From Malacoraja senta (taxonomy: Eukaryota): a DNA stretch of 64,000 nucleotides. The notes below the pieces were generated by a model. It was not told where the DNA came from, searched no databases, and saw only the letters and a list, made by a program, of their open reading frames with translations. A program made the translations under genes and the position numbers. Positions 20,306 through 33,925 of the stretch are shown piece after piece (the first letter of the stretch is position 1; the number at the start of each line of letters is the position of its first letter). The DNA is taken from NCBI GenBank assembly GCA_038087875.1, contig JAXLNO010000311.1:1-64000 (forward strand), in the 5' to 3' direction.

Positions 20306-23300
20306 CAGAAACATAGAAAATAGATGCAATAGGAGGCCATTCGGCCCTTCGAGCCAGCACCGCCATTCATTGTGATCATGGCTGATCGTCCCATATCAAT
20401 AACCCGTGCCTGCCTTCTCCCCATATCCCTTGACTCCACTAGCCCCTAGAGCTCTATCTAACTCTCTTAAATCCATCCAGTGACTTGGCCTCCACTGCCC
20501 TCTGTGGCAGGGAATTCCATAAATTCACAACTCTGGGTGAAAAAGTTTTTTCTCACCTCAGTCTTAAATGACCTCCCCTTTATTCTAAGACTGTGGCCCC
20601 TGGTTCTGGACTCGCCCAACATTGGGAACTTTTTTCCAGCATCTAGTTTGTCCAGTCCTTTTATAATTTTATATGTTTCTATACGATCCCCCTCATCGTT
20701 CTAAACTCCAGTGAATACAAGCCTAGTCTTTTCAATCTTTCCTCATATGACAGTCCCGCCATCCCAGGGATCAATCTCGTGAACCTACGCTGCACTGCCA
20801 CAATCACAAGGATGTCCTTCCTCAAATTAGGAGGCCAAAACTGTACACAATATTCCAGATGTGGTCTCACCAGAGCCCCATACAACTGCAGAAGAACCTC
20901 TTTACTTCTATACTGAAATCCTCTTGTTATGAACGCCAACATTCCATTAGCTTTCTTCACTGCCTGCTGTACCTGTAAGCCAACTTTCAGTGACCGGTGT
21001 ACAAGGACACCCAGGTCTCGCTGTACCTCCTTACCTAACCTAACCCCATTGAGATAATAATCTGCCCCCTTGTTTCTGCCGCCAAAGTGGACAACCTCAC
21101 ATTTATCTGTATTATACTGCATCTGCCACGCATCTGCCCACTCACTCAACCTGTCCAGGTCACCCTGCAACCTCCTGACATCCTCTTCACAGTTCACACT
21201 GCCACCCAGCTTTGTGTCATCCGCAAACTTGCTAGTGTTGCTCCTAATTCCCTCTTCCAAATCATTAATATATATGGTAAACAGTTATGGCCCCAACACC
21301 GAGCCTTGCGGCACTCCACTCGCCACTGCCTGCCATTCTGAAAAGGACCCGTTCACTCCTACTCTTTGCTTCCGATCTGTCAACTAATTTTCTATCCATG
21401 TCAACACCCTACCCCCAATACCATGTGCTCTGATTTTAGTGCCGTGCGGGACCTTATCAAAGGCTTTCTGAAAGTCTAGATACTGGCACCCCTTCATCCA
21501 TTTTACTTGTCACATCAAAAAATTCCAGAAGATTAGTCAATCATGATTTCCCTTTCATAAATCCATGTTGACTTGGACTAATCCTTTTACTGCTATCCAA
21601 ATGCCCCATTATTACCTCTTTAATAATTGACTCCAGCATCTTTCCCACCACCGAAGTCAGGCTAACTGGTCTGTAATTCCCCGTTTTATCTGTCGCTCCT
21701 TTCTTGAAAAGTGGGATAACATTAGCTATCCTCCAATCCACAGGCACTGATCCTGAATCTATTGAACATTGGAAAATGATCACCAATGCGTCCACTATTT
21801 CTATAGCCACCTCCCTGAGGACCCTGGGATGCAGACCATCAGGCCCAGGGGATTTATCATCCTTCAGTCCCATTAGCCTACCCAATACTATTTCTCGCCT
21901 AATGAAAATCTCTCAGTTCCTCTACCCCCTTAGATCCTCTGTCCTCCAGGACATATGTGAGATTGTTTGTTTCTTCCTTAGTGAAGACAGATCAGAAGTA
22001 CCTATTCAACTCTTCTGCCATTTCCTTGTTGCCCATAATAATTTCACCCGTGTCTGCCTTCAAGGGACCCACATTTGACTTTGCTATTCTTTTTCCCTTA
22101 ACATATCTAAAGAAGCTTTTACTGTCCTTCTTTATATTCCTGGCCAACTTCCCTTCGTACTTCATCTTTTCTGCCCGTATTGTTTCCTTCTGTTCTATGA
22201 AAGTTTCCCAATCCTCTGGCTTCCGGCTACTCTTTGCTGTGTTATACATCTTTTGTTTTAGTTTTATTCTATCCCTAACTTCTCTTGTCAGCCACGGTTG
22301 CCTCCTACTCCCCTTAGAATCGTTCTTCCTTTTTGTAATGAAATGATCCTGCATCTTCCGGATTATGCCCAGAAATTCCTGCCATTGCTGTTCCACCATC
22401 ATTCCTGCTAGGACCCCTTTCCAGCCTACTTTTGCCAGCTCCCCTCTCATGCCTTCATAGTCCCCTTTGTTCAACTGCATCACTACCACTTCAGATTTAA
22501 CGTTCTCCTTAAATTGCAGATTAAAACTAATCATATTATTATCACTACCTCCAAGCGGTTCCTTTACCTCGAGTTCTCTTATCATATCTGGTTCATTGGA
22601 CAACACTAAATCCAGAATTGCCTTTTCTCTGGTCGGCTCCATTACAAGCTGCTCTATGAATCCATCTCGGAGGCATTCTACAAACTCTCTTTCTTGGGGT
22701 CCTGAACCAACCTGATTTTCCCAGTCTACCTGCATATTGAAATATCCCATCACCACAGTGCCATTACCTTTGTTACATGCCAGTTTTAACTCCTGCTGCA
22801 ACTTACACCCTACATCCGGGCTACTATTTGGGGGTCTGTACATAACACCAATTAGTGTCTTCTTGCCTTTACAATTCCTCAACTCAATCCACAGTGACTC
22901 TACCTCGTCAGTCCCTATGTCTTCCCTCGCAAGGGAGTGAATTCCATTCCTCACCAGCAGAGCTACCCTACCCCCCCCCACCTGCCTGTCCTTTCTATAG
23001 GATGTATAACCCTGAATATTGTTCCCAGGCCCGATCCTCCTGCAGCCACGTCTCAGTAATCCCCACAATGTCATATCTACCAACCTCTAACTGAGCCTCA
23101 AGCTCATCTACTTTACTTCTTATATTTTGCGCATTCATATACAATACTTTTAATTCCTTACGCATCTCACCTTTCACATCGATCGCTATTACACTTGACC
23201 ATACTCTCCTATCCCTTTGTGAGCTTCCTATCCCGTTAATTCTGGGGTTATTAACCATCCCTTTACTCTCTTTCCCTTTAACTCCGTCCTCGACTATCCT

Positions 23301-23380
23301 ATTTGACACCCCACCCCCTTATTCAGTTTAAAACCACCCATGTAGCAGTGGCAAACCTGCCTGCCAGAATGCTGGTCCCA
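20306..23380 (-). mobile_element. Long CR1 LINE: ORF1 C-terminus plus near-complete decayed ORF2 (APE endonuclease and RT)
   Basis: LKVLYMNAQNIRSK...IVGITETWL, YRPPNS, LDLVLSNEP, KSPGPDGLHPRVL, KFADDTKL; GTSILAGRFATATWVVLN at 23325-23380 resembles the end of CR1 ORF1. Confidence 0.92.
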
Positions 23381-24234
23381 TCACACGGCCCCGACCCAGC
23401 AGGATCGGTGCCGGCCCGGAGAGCGTCCGCCTATGGGGGAGATTTCACCGCAGTCACTCCCCAACATCAGACCCCGTCCACTCGGAATCGGTGGAAAGAT
23501 ACTCACCGATTGTAATCTGCAGTCTCCACACACCCTGCACTCAGAGCCCCCTCTCCCATCACACCCGCCCCGGAGGGCAAGGTCCGTCTCCCTGCTGCCC
23601 CAACCCCAAGACACAATCCGCTGCCGCACTTCAACAAGTCAGAAGAGATCTACCACCCATCCGGAGAATGTCCACAGGCTGCGCCTTGTGGCCTGTGCTG
23701 GATTAGCATCATCAGCGTGTGGGCGGTGTCAAGCGCCCGGGACGAATTAAACAAAACTCAGATGCTGCCAATCTGAAATATAACTGGAGACAGAAACTTG
23801 TGCGACTGTTGGGTGGAAGGGTGTCCCACCTGAAGTGGTGACTATGCTCCTTTCTCCATACACGCCTCCCAAACTCAGTACAGGATTATTCTTCCACGTA
23901 TACCGCACGAATGAAACATTTCGGTTTGCGTGTTGTCCACACAGATCGTACCATATCTGAATAAAACTGTAATAAGAAAGGACTGAATAGCAGATCTCTT
24001 AAGTCAGGGATATGGGGAGAAGGCAGGAACGGGGTACTGATTGGGGATGATCAGCGATGATCACATTGAATGGCGGTGCTGGCTCGAAGGGCCGATTGGC
24101 CTATTCCTGCACCTATTGTCTATTGTCTCTTGACTGCAGGCACTGGACTAAACAAAAGACAGACACAAAATAATGGAGTAACATAGCCGGTCAGGCAGCA
24201 TCTGTAGAGAACACGTGACGTTTGAGGTCGGGTA

Positions 24235-25220
24235 GTTAGACACAAAAAACGAGTAACTCAGCGGAACAGGCGGCATATCTGGAGAGAAGGAATGGGTGAC
24301 GTTGCGTGCCAAGACCCTTCTTCGGACTAGTTAGGGGAAAGGGAAACGACAGATATAGACGGTGATGTAGAGAGATAAAGAACAATGAATGAAAGATGAA
24401 TGCTAAAACGTGACGATGATAAAGGAAACAGGTCATTTTTAGCTGTTTGCTGGGTGAAAATGAGAAGCTGGTGCGACTTTGTTGGGCGAGGGATAGAGAG
24501 AGAGAGGGAATGCCGGGGCTGCCTGAAGTGAGATAAATCAATATTCATACCACTGCCCAAGAGAAATATGAGATGCTCATATTTGCTGCCCAAGAGAAAT
24601 ATGAGATGCTGTTCCTCCAATTTGGCATCACTCTGACAATGGAGGAGACCGAGGACAGAAAGGTCTGTGGGAATGGGAAGGAGAATTAAAGTGTCCAGCA
24701 ACTGAGAGATCAGGTTGGTTCACCTGGTCTGAGTGAAGGTGTTCCGCGAAACGATCGCCCAGTCTGTGTTTGGTCTCGCCCGCCGATGTATAAGAATCCA
24801 CATCTTGAACAACGGAATGAGTAGATGAGGTTGGAGGAAGTACAATTGAACCTCTGTCTAACCTGGAAAGACTGTCATGGTCCCTGGACAGAGTCGAGGG
24901 AGGAGGTATACGGACAGGTGTTGCATCTTCTGCGTTTGCAGGGGAAGGTACCTGTGGGGGGAGTGGTTTGGGTGGGAAGGGACTAGTTAACAACGGAGGT
25001 GCGGAGGTAACAGTCTGCGGAAGGTGAAAAGGGGTGGAGATGGGAAAATGTGGATAGGAGTGGTCTCCAGTTGAAGGTGGCGGCAATTTCGGAGTATTAT
25101 TTGTTGAATGCAACGGCTGATGGAGTGGAAACTAAGGACTAGGGAGACTGTCTCTCTTGCGACTAGGGGGAGGGGAAGCAAGAGTTGAGCTGCGGGGTAC
25201 CATGGAGACACTAGTGAGGG
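24235..25220 (-). mobile_element. Penelope-like element 3' fragment (GIY-YIG), decayed
   Basis: GETKHRLGDRFAEHL...VAGHFNSPSH, LEEQHLIF; homologous to 60152-61087. Confidence 0.85.
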
Positions 25221-25689
25221 CCTTTTATCTCCACATCACCGTCTATATGTTTCGTTTCCCTTATCCCTAACCAGTCTCAAGAAGCGTCTGAACCCAAAAC
25301 GTCACTCCTTCTCTGCCCAGATACTGCCTGTCCTGCTGCGTTACTCCAGCTTTTTGTGTTTATCTTTGGTTTAAACCCGCATCTGCAGTTCCTTCTTACA
25401 CAATTGAGGTCGGAACACTTCTTCAGACTGTTTGCAGTGATTGGGGTGGAGGTTGGCAATAAATCTGGAAGAGAGGAATGGTGAGACAGAGCGCTGTCGG
25501 TAAGGGGTAGGCCCGGGCCTGCTCATTGACTCCAGCATTTCGTGGCTTTTGTTTTAATACTGCAGGTTGTGCAAAAGAAGAAATACACAGAATACTGAAT
25601 GAAATATGATAACAACAGAGTAAATTCAGATAACAATGAAGTGCGACGTCTACCAGGAAGTAGATTAGAAGATTGGGAATAAATATGAC

Positions 25690-27120
25690 AGATTCACGAC
25701 AGGGAAAGCTGTTTTCTAGCCTTTGTATCTCCTGGGAGAGAGGAGGAGAAGAGGAAATGATCGGGTTGTGTCTGGTACTTTGTGATGCTGGCTGCTTTCC
25801 TATGGCACCATCAATATAGATGGAGCTGAAGGGGGGGGGAGGCAGGAAGCGGAGACTGGTTTGGGTGTTGGAAGACGTACATCAACAACTTTCTTCAATT
25901 ACCTGCGGACTTGGGCAGAGCTGATGACAAATGAAGATGTAACATTATAGGATGCTTTCTGTGGTGCATTCGTAGCCATTCCGAAGTGTCATTGAGGACA
26001 TACTGAATTTACATTGTCTTCCGAGGAAGCAAAGGCATTGGTGCGCGTTGCTGCCAACCACTTCAATCTAGTTGTAACAGGACAAATAGTTGCTGGTATT
26101 TATGCCTCGGAGTTTGGAGTTCTCATACATTTTTCTGTTCAAAACCATTGATGCTGACATTGGCGTGTACACCAACTCGCTTCCTTAACTTAACAACTTT
26201 CTCCTACGTTTTGCTGGCATCATGGAAGAGGTTGTTAGCTTGAGACCATGACACAACATTCTATCACATACCTGTACACTGTCTCCTTATTGTTTGAGAG
26301 TAGGCCCTCTACAGTCGTGTCATTTGCAAACTTGTAAATTGAGTTAGAACAGAATTTGATCGCACGTTTGTGAGTGTACAGATAGTATAGTAATGCCCCT
26401 GTCCCACTTAGGAAACCTGAACAGAAACCTCTGGAGACTTTGCGCCCCATCCAAGGTTTCCGTGCTGTTCCCAGAGGTTTTTGTCAGTCTTCCTAATGGT
26501 CGAAAGTAGTTTCCGTTTCTTCTATGTTCCGGCGATTATTTCAAAAAATTCAAAACCAGCCACGACTTAAAATAGGTTGCCGTTTTAAAAATCGGTAATT
26601 TTTTAGTCGAAGCCGGTTGCGATGCTAGTTGAAGGTGGTTGCCGGAGGTTGCAGGTAGTGGAAGGTAAGACCTTTTTTTCACCCAGTTTTATTCTACCAG
26701 GGAGGTCTTACCTTCCACTACCTGCAACCGCCGGCAACCACCTTGAACTAGCAATTTTTTGAAATAATCGCCGGAACATAGAAGAAGCGGAAACCACATT
26801 CGACCATTAGGGAGACTGACAAAAACCTCCAGGAACCGCACGGAAACCTTGGGTGGGGCGCAAAGTCTCCAGAGGTTTCCATTCAGGTTTCCTAAGTGGG
26901 ACAGGGGCATTAGGGCTGAGAATGTAGCCTTATGCTGCACTGTTATTGAGAATTATCAAGGAGGATATTTTGTTACCGATCCTTACTGAATGCAGTCTAT
27001 GGTTCAAGAAGTCAATGATCTAGTTTCAGAGAGGGATACAAAGTCTTGGTTCAAGAGTTTGCTTGAAATAACGGTGTTGAAGGTGGAGCTATTGTCAATA
27101 AACAGGAGTCTGATGCAAGT
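25690..27120 (-). mobile_element. Rex1/Babar-like LINE RT fragment, decayed, interrupted by a MITE
   Basis: LYTH...KFCSNSIYKFANDTTVEGLLSNNKETVYR on the minus strand; DNSSTFNTVI upstream. Confidence 0.65.
26393..26910. mobile_element. Foldback MITE (non-autonomous DNA transposon) with apparent TA target duplication
   Basis: Terminal inverted repeats atgcccctgtcccacttaggaaacctgaa / ttcaggtttcctaagtgggacaggggcat, arms extending about 200 bp; TA at 26391-92 and 26911-12. Confidence 0.9.
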
Positions 27121-27136
27121 CACCTTGATAAATTCA

Positions 27137-28135
27137 CTTTATATTAACGATTTAGACGAATCAATTCAATATTAACGATGTAGACAAAGGAATTCAATAT
27201 GTACGATTTAGACGAAGGAATTAAATGTAACAACTCCAGGTTTGTGGATGACACAAAGCTGGGTGGCAGTGTCAGCTGCGAGGAGGCTTCAGGGTGACAA
27301 GAATAGGTTGTTGGAGTAGGCAGATGCATGGCCGATGCAGTATAATGTGGATAAATGGGAAGTTATCCACTTTGGTGGCAACAACATGAAGGCAGATTAT
27401 TATCTGAATGGTGTCAGATTAGGAAAAGGGGAGGTGCAACGAGACCTGGGTGTGCTTGTACACTAGTCACTGAAGGTAAACATGCAGGTACAGCAGGCAG
27501 TGAAGAAAACAAATGGCATGTTGGCCTTCATAGCGAGAGGATTTGAGTATAGGAGCAAGAAGGTCCTACTGCAGTTGTACAGAGCCCTGGTGAGACCACA
27601 CCTGGAGTATTGTGTGCCGTTTTGGTCCCCTAATTTAAGGAAGGACATTCTTGCTGTTGAGGGTGTGCAGCGTAGGTTCACAAGGTTAATTCCCGGGATG
27701 GCGATACTGACATATGATGAAAGAATGGATCAACTGCCTTATATTGACTGGAATTTAGGATGAGAGGATATCTTATAGAAACATATACAATTCTTAAGGG
27801 ATTGGACAGGCTAGATGAAGGAAAAATGTTTCCGGTGTTGAGGGAGTCCAGAACCAAGGGTTACAATTTACAACTCCCATTTAGGACAGTGACGAGGAAA
27901 AACGTTTTCACCCAGGGAGTTGTGAATCTGTGGAATTCTCTGCCACAGGAGGCAGTGGAGGCCAATTCACTGGATGTTTTCAAGAGAGAGTTAGATTTAG
28001 CTCTTAGGTCTAACAGGACCAAGGGATATGGGGGGAAAGCAGGAACTGGTTATTAATTTTGGATGATCAGCCATGATCATTTTGAATGGCGGGTATGACA
28101 TAGGGCCGAATGGCCTGCACCTATCTTCTATGTTT
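27137..28135 (+). mobile_element. CR1 LINE 3' fragment
   Basis: YINDLDE (triplicated at the 5' junction), FVDDTKL, LVRPHLEYCVPFWSP, VVNLWNSLP. Confidence 0.9.
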
Positions 28136-30469
28136 GATATCCATATATTTCATAGGCGAGTGCATTTCCAGCGAGAAGGCATTTGTCCTGGACCTGTGGC
28201 AATGGCAGTGATCCAGTCCGTTTGGGAATATTTACTAATCCTCCAACATCATGCCTGAAAAATCTAGGACAGAATTAAATGGGTAAACCTCTTATCCTGA
28301 AATCACCTCGTTGAGGAAAGGAGTCTCCTGCTATTTCCCTATAACGTATTTTAACCAAACCTCTTTCCTAAACTAAGCACATAACATATTCATTATCCCA
28401 TTGGTATGTGGGACATTGCCAGGCACAGCTATCTGCCATTTTCTTCCACAGCAGCAGTGAACGAGACATTTATATGAAAGGACAATAGGCCGTCAGGCAG
28501 CATCTGAAGAAAGAAACAGTTAACCTTCCAGGTAGAATACAGACCATTCATCAGAACTGGTCCGGCCCACAGCAGCTGCCTGATCCAAGTGTGCTTCCAG
28601 CGTCTTCTGTTTTTCATTACAAATTTAATCTTCTGCACTTTTGATTTTAATCAATATGTAATTACTGCTGTAGAATGATTGCAACATCCCGACTCAAACG
28701 GCCTTTTTCTAAATGGAGCATTTACATTCACTCCACTAATTTATTCACACTTTTTGCAGTGAGCTGTATACAACCCTATTCCACAGAAGATGAAGGCAAC
28801 GCCTGTTCTTCTCCCACTATCATTCTATTGCATCAGCTCCAAAAGCTGAACTCCCTCTGCTAAAGGGCAGCGGTCAGAGTAAGATAACAATGTGTAACGT
28901 CTGGAAAAGGAACGGGACCAGAAACGTCACCCATTCCTTCTCTCCAGAGATGCTGCCTGTCCCGCTGAGTTACTCCAGCATTTTGTGTCTACCTACGATT
29001 TAAACCAGTATCTGCAGTTCCATCCTACACAATGTGTAACTTTTCCTGCACCACTGTTGCCCCGGCAATGGAGGAAGTTGCTCACCACAGGTAACTGAAA
29101 AGTAAGAAATTCAACATTTCCTGTTATACTTCATTACAACAAATATGAATCTTGAATATTGAGATACATTTTCTAAACACAAGCAGCAAATCCAATTTTT
29201 GATTTTTCCCGAACTAGACCTCAGTGCATTCAGTAAATCCACACTCAGTTATAGTTGAACTGAACATGGACGTCTGTTGCATCCACAGCGGCAGGCCAAT
29301 GAAATCGGTACAATGATGAAAATATGCCGTAACATACACCAAAGACCATTCACCCATTATTGAATTGCACGATGACATTTTTAAGTTCCCTGCTTTACAC
29401 AGTTAAATTAATATAACAGGCTGTTTATTCAGATACATACAAGGCAGTGAACATGCAAGAACCACTCAGACCAGTCTGTGCAAAGTTCTCCACACAAACT
29501 TCAGGGGACCTCTGCCTCAACTTGGATAAACCCCATATTACCGAGTCCACCAACAACATGACACAGTGAAAGTCACCCAGAATCAAACTTCACAAACAGG
29601 GAGACCGAACTTTCCATCACAATTGCTGGGTACCACCTGTCCCACCGAGAAGGTGCACCCTCCAGTGGTCTAAAAATAGGGGGTTGTAGCTCGAGGGCAG
29701 TACCTTGAATCAAGACCAAGAAAGTATTAAGGGCCAGGCAGAGGTGAGCTACATTCACATCACACAATTTTCAGGCAATGAATATTTCCAACAGGACAGA
29801 GTTGAACTACTCAATTTTCACAGTCAATGGCCGTCACACAACTGCCCACCATCCTCAGACCAGAACTGAACTAATCCGGTCATGTGAATAGTGTTCCATC
29901 AAGTGTAAATCAAAGATAGACACAAAATGTTGGAGTAACTCAGTGGGCCAGGCAGCAACTCTGGAGAGAAGGAATGGGTGATGTTTCAGGTCGAGACCCT
30001 GCTTCAGAGTAAATCAAAACCTGGGTACCCTGCCGTGGCGATCATCACAAAACATTCACAACGTCGGCAATGCACATATTAGGCACATATTGAAAACCGA
30101 TTAACAAGTAGTAGATACGACTTGATTGCCGCATGGAGACGAGTTGGGCCTCTGCTATTTAAATATATAAACATGACATATGATAAGACTGTGAGTAACT
30201 GGCACTACTTTGCTGATGATAAACAGATTGATGGGTCAGTACACTGTGAGGAGGCAGAATCATCTATAAATGAGTTAAATAGGTAAAGAGTTAGGGCAAA
30301 ACATGGAATGTAATGGAGTATAACGTAGGAAAATGTGATGTTATTCAATTTGGAAGAATTGAAACCTAAATTATATGGTATTTTACATTGGAATCTGTAA
30401 TTTCTACAACACTAAAACATTTAGGTAGAGCAAATAATTAGGAAGGCTCATACCTTTAGAAACGAGATG

Positions 30470-31055
30470 AGTTGAAAACCTTAAATTCCTCAGAGTCAAT
30501 ATCACCAACAACTTCTTCTGGAGCAAAGACCATATTGAAGCAATGACCAAGAAAACACGACAAAGCCTCCACTTTCATAGAAGGCTTAGGAGTGTCGGCA
30601 TGTCCCCTACAACTCTCACTAAATTCTACAGGTGGTCTATAAAAAACCTTTTATCAGGATTGCAGTGAATTGTACACGCAGCCCAGATCATCACACAACC
30701 CAACCTCCCTTCTATTGACTCAATTTATGCCTCGCTCTGCCCCGGCAAGGCCAGCAGCGTAATCAAGGACTATTCGCAGCCTGGTCACTCCCTCTTCTCC
30801 CCTCTCCCATCAGGTAAAGGGTATAGAAGTGTGAAATCGCACAACTCCAGATAAAGGAACAGTTTCCTCCCAGCTATTATTAGGCAACTGAATCATCCTA
30901 CCACAACAAAAGAGCAGCCCTGAACTACTATCCACCTCATTGCTGACTCACGGACTATCCTGGATCAGATTTTGCTGGCTTTACATTACACTAAACGTTA
31001 TTCCATTATCTATGTAAATTGCTCGATTATAATCATGTATTGTCTTTCCGTTGAC
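30470..31055 (+). mobile_element. Rex1/Babar-like LINE 3' fragment
   Basis: FLRVNITNN...LTKFYR...IIKDYSQPGHSLFSPLPSGKGYRS...NSFLPAIIRQLN (DUF1891-type C-terminus), decayed. Confidence 0.7.
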
Positions 31056-33103
31056 TGAGATCTTTAGTCAGAGCATGGTGTATCTGTGGAATTCACTGTC
31101 TTAACGGCTGTGGGTGCCAAGTCCATGTGTATTTTTTATGTCTGAGATTGACAAGGTTCTTGATTACGGGTGTCAAAAGTTATCGGGAGAAGGCAGGAAA
31201 ATGGGTTTCAGAGAGAAGGATAGATCAGATGAGAGAATCGCGGAGTAGACTCGATGTGTTGAATGGCATAATTCTACCTGATGACATGAACGCGATGTAA
31301 AGTCAGTGTAAATTTGCAGATGTTTGGACCGTTAACAGAAGGCAAGTTTAGATGCAACTGCACGGGGTGCTGGTAGCACCACATCTGGAGACTGCATAAA
31401 GACATTGACATTGGAGTCCGTGCGGAGAAGGTTCACTGGATTAATTCCTGGAATGAAGAGGTGCACCTGTGAGAACGTTGAGCCCATACTCACCTGAGTT
31501 TCAAAGAAAGAGACAATTTTAAAGAAATAAGATTCTGAACAGCAATAAACTTGATACAGTGGGGATATTTCTTCTTGGGCAGATATGAAACTGGGGCACA
31601 ATTTCATAATAAAGGGTCTCTCATTTAAAATAAATAATAGGACAATCCTTTATAATGTTCTCTGCCAGAAAGCTGTGGAATTGGGAGTCAGGAACACTGA
31701 AGATATTCAAGCCTCCAAACGTAAATTAACCTGCTAACCAGCACGTCCTCTGGAACATGGGATGAAACCACAGCATCCAGGAGGAAACATGTACTATCAC
31801 AGTGAGAACGTCCAATCTTCCCCAGGCATCATCTGATGTCAAGATTAAACACGGGTCACTGAGGCAGCTTCTCCACCAACAACGCTGCTGCTTGTCGAGT
31901 CCATTGTTGGTCGACGCCGACACAATAACCCGGTTCTGTGCTATCTGTCTGTTGCTCAATGACGCCTTTTCATCACTGAATTCAGAACCTGCCTTCCAAC
32001 TCAGGAAAAATGACAGTGATCATGTGGCTCTGTCCGTCATGTCCTCGCCTGTCAAGGGAAGTTTGCCCAGGGGCAGAGATGCATATAGACCTCGGAGCTG
32101 TAGGTCACCTTTGAATAAGTGTGAGTGACATTAAAACCTACATTCGGGAAGACACGGATGGCAATCGTGTTAGTTGCAGGGATATTTCAGAAACATCGTG
32201 TTTGTTGCAGGGATATTTCAGAAGAATCGCGGTTGTTGCAAAGATATTTCACATCAGCTGAAGTAAAATAAAGATAGAACGTCGAAAACAAGGCTGAGAG
32301 CAACAAATCAAACCACGAGAGAAGAGAACTTACATTTTTGTACACATTTGACAGACAAATGGTCTTATATCTAATATTGAATAGAAAGTTGAAAGTTCAC
32401 TGAAGAATCAATTTAGAATTATTAAAAAGTCTATGTGCCGTGATTCAGTGAAACATTGCGAGTCTTCGCAGAGTGTTTCCATATGTATACTGTGAAGGCC
32501 TTGAGTAAACCGACTTCGATGAGAAAATTCTGAGTGCTCGCTAGGATTTTTTTGCGTGCTTTTCTGTTCTGAGGGTGACTGTCCAGCCCCATGTGAATGC
32601 CAGAGTCAGGATACTCATTAAACGTAAAATTCCCTCCAACAAATCGCATTGCAAGCAGGGTGCTGCCCAGGTATAGCATCAATAATATGGCGCCTAATCG
32701 GGCGAGTATGTTTAATTTACTACCCATGATTAGAGTAACAGATCCCATATTGTTGTCAGGTGACATAACTTGTGGTACTAAACGAACACATTGGAGGAAA
32801 AACATCATCGTCATAGAGTCATATAGTCTATGGAGTCATACAGCCATAGAGCATTGAGCCAATGAGTCATAATCATCTATATTACTAAAAGTCTGATCTT
32901 GACCGCTTTTGGCTCACTGTGCTGTGATGTCCGAGAGAATGCCGCCACCTACTGCCGTCATTTTTGGCCACCTCGCTCAGAGCCCCCCTCCGCCTTCCTG
33001 GACCAGTGGATTTTTCCCATCGATGAAAAATCAGAGAGATATTAATGTTTTTAAATAATTCGCCATTCTCTCTGCTGCCCCCGCTGGCGGAAGGGGGAGG
33101 GAC

Positions 33104-33202
33104 TATAAAACCCGGAAGTGTCGTGCCTCATTCAGTCTCTGCCTGACCCAGGAAGCCAGAGGGTCACGGCTCTCTGAGCTGCGAATCTACTCCACGGTGA
33201 GT
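33104..33202 (+). promoter_or_regulatory. Candidate Pol II core promoter and first exon inside the Helitron
   Basis: TATAAAA 33104-33110, CCGGAAGTG 33112-33120, Inr-like TCAGTCT with A at 33134 (30 nt after the TATA start), donor ACG|GTGAGT at 33197. Confidence 0.55.
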
Positions 33203-33209
33203 CCCCTCG

Positions 33210-33925
33210 ATGTGGTTTTCAGCGAACGGGTGTGTTTTGTCGGCTTGCTCAGTGTTTTTTCTCCAATTGCTTGGCTTTTTTAAAGTGCTTTCAGCAAAAC
33301 GAATGTCTTTTGTTGGCTTGCTGAGTGGTTTTGCCCTAATTGGCTTTTTTTTAAGTGCTTTCAGCAAAACGAATGTCTTTTGTCGGCTTGCTGAGTGGTT
33401 TTGCCCTAATTGGCTTTTTTAAGTGCTTTCAGCAAAACTAATGTCTTTTGTCGGCTTGCTGAGTGGTTTTGCCCTAATTGGCTTTTTTTTAAGTGCTTTC
33501 AGCAAAACTAATGTCTTTTGTCGGCTTGCTGAGTGGTTTTGCCCTAATTGGCTTTTTTTAAGTGCTTTCAGAAAAACTAATGTCTTTTGTCGGCTTGCAG
33601 TGGTTTTGCCCTAATTGGCTTTTTTAAAGTGCTTTTCAGCGGACGGATGTATTTTGTCGGCTTGCTCAGTGTTTTTTCCCCAATTGCTTGTTTTTTTTAA
33701 AGTGCTTTTCAGTGGACGGATGTGTTTTGTCGGCTTGCTCAGTGTTTTTTCCCCAATTGCCTGGCTTTTTTTTAAGTGCTTTTCAGCGGACGGGTGTGTT
33801 TTGTCGGCTTGCTCAGCGTTTTTTCCCCAATTGCCTGGCTTTTTTAAAGTACTTTTCAGCGGACGGATGTGTTTTGTCGGCTTGCTTGCTCAGTGTTTTT
33901 TTCCCCCATTGCCTGGCTTTTTAAA
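33210..33925. repeat. About 70-bp minisatellite, about 10 copies, within the Helitron
   Basis: Unit like aagtgctttcagcaaaacgaatgtcttttgtcggcttgctgagtggttttgccctaattggctttttt. Confidence 0.95.

Noticed and set aside
23380..23750. CpG-rich first exon on the minus strand (donor GTGAGT near 23505)
   Set aside because: Only a donor motif and GC richness; no product or downstream exon identified, and it could be TE 5' sequence.
29470..29730. Host exon
   Set aside because: Plus-strand traces (TNFRG, ITIAGYHLSHR) look more like a very old LINE endonuclease remnant; too decayed to annotate.
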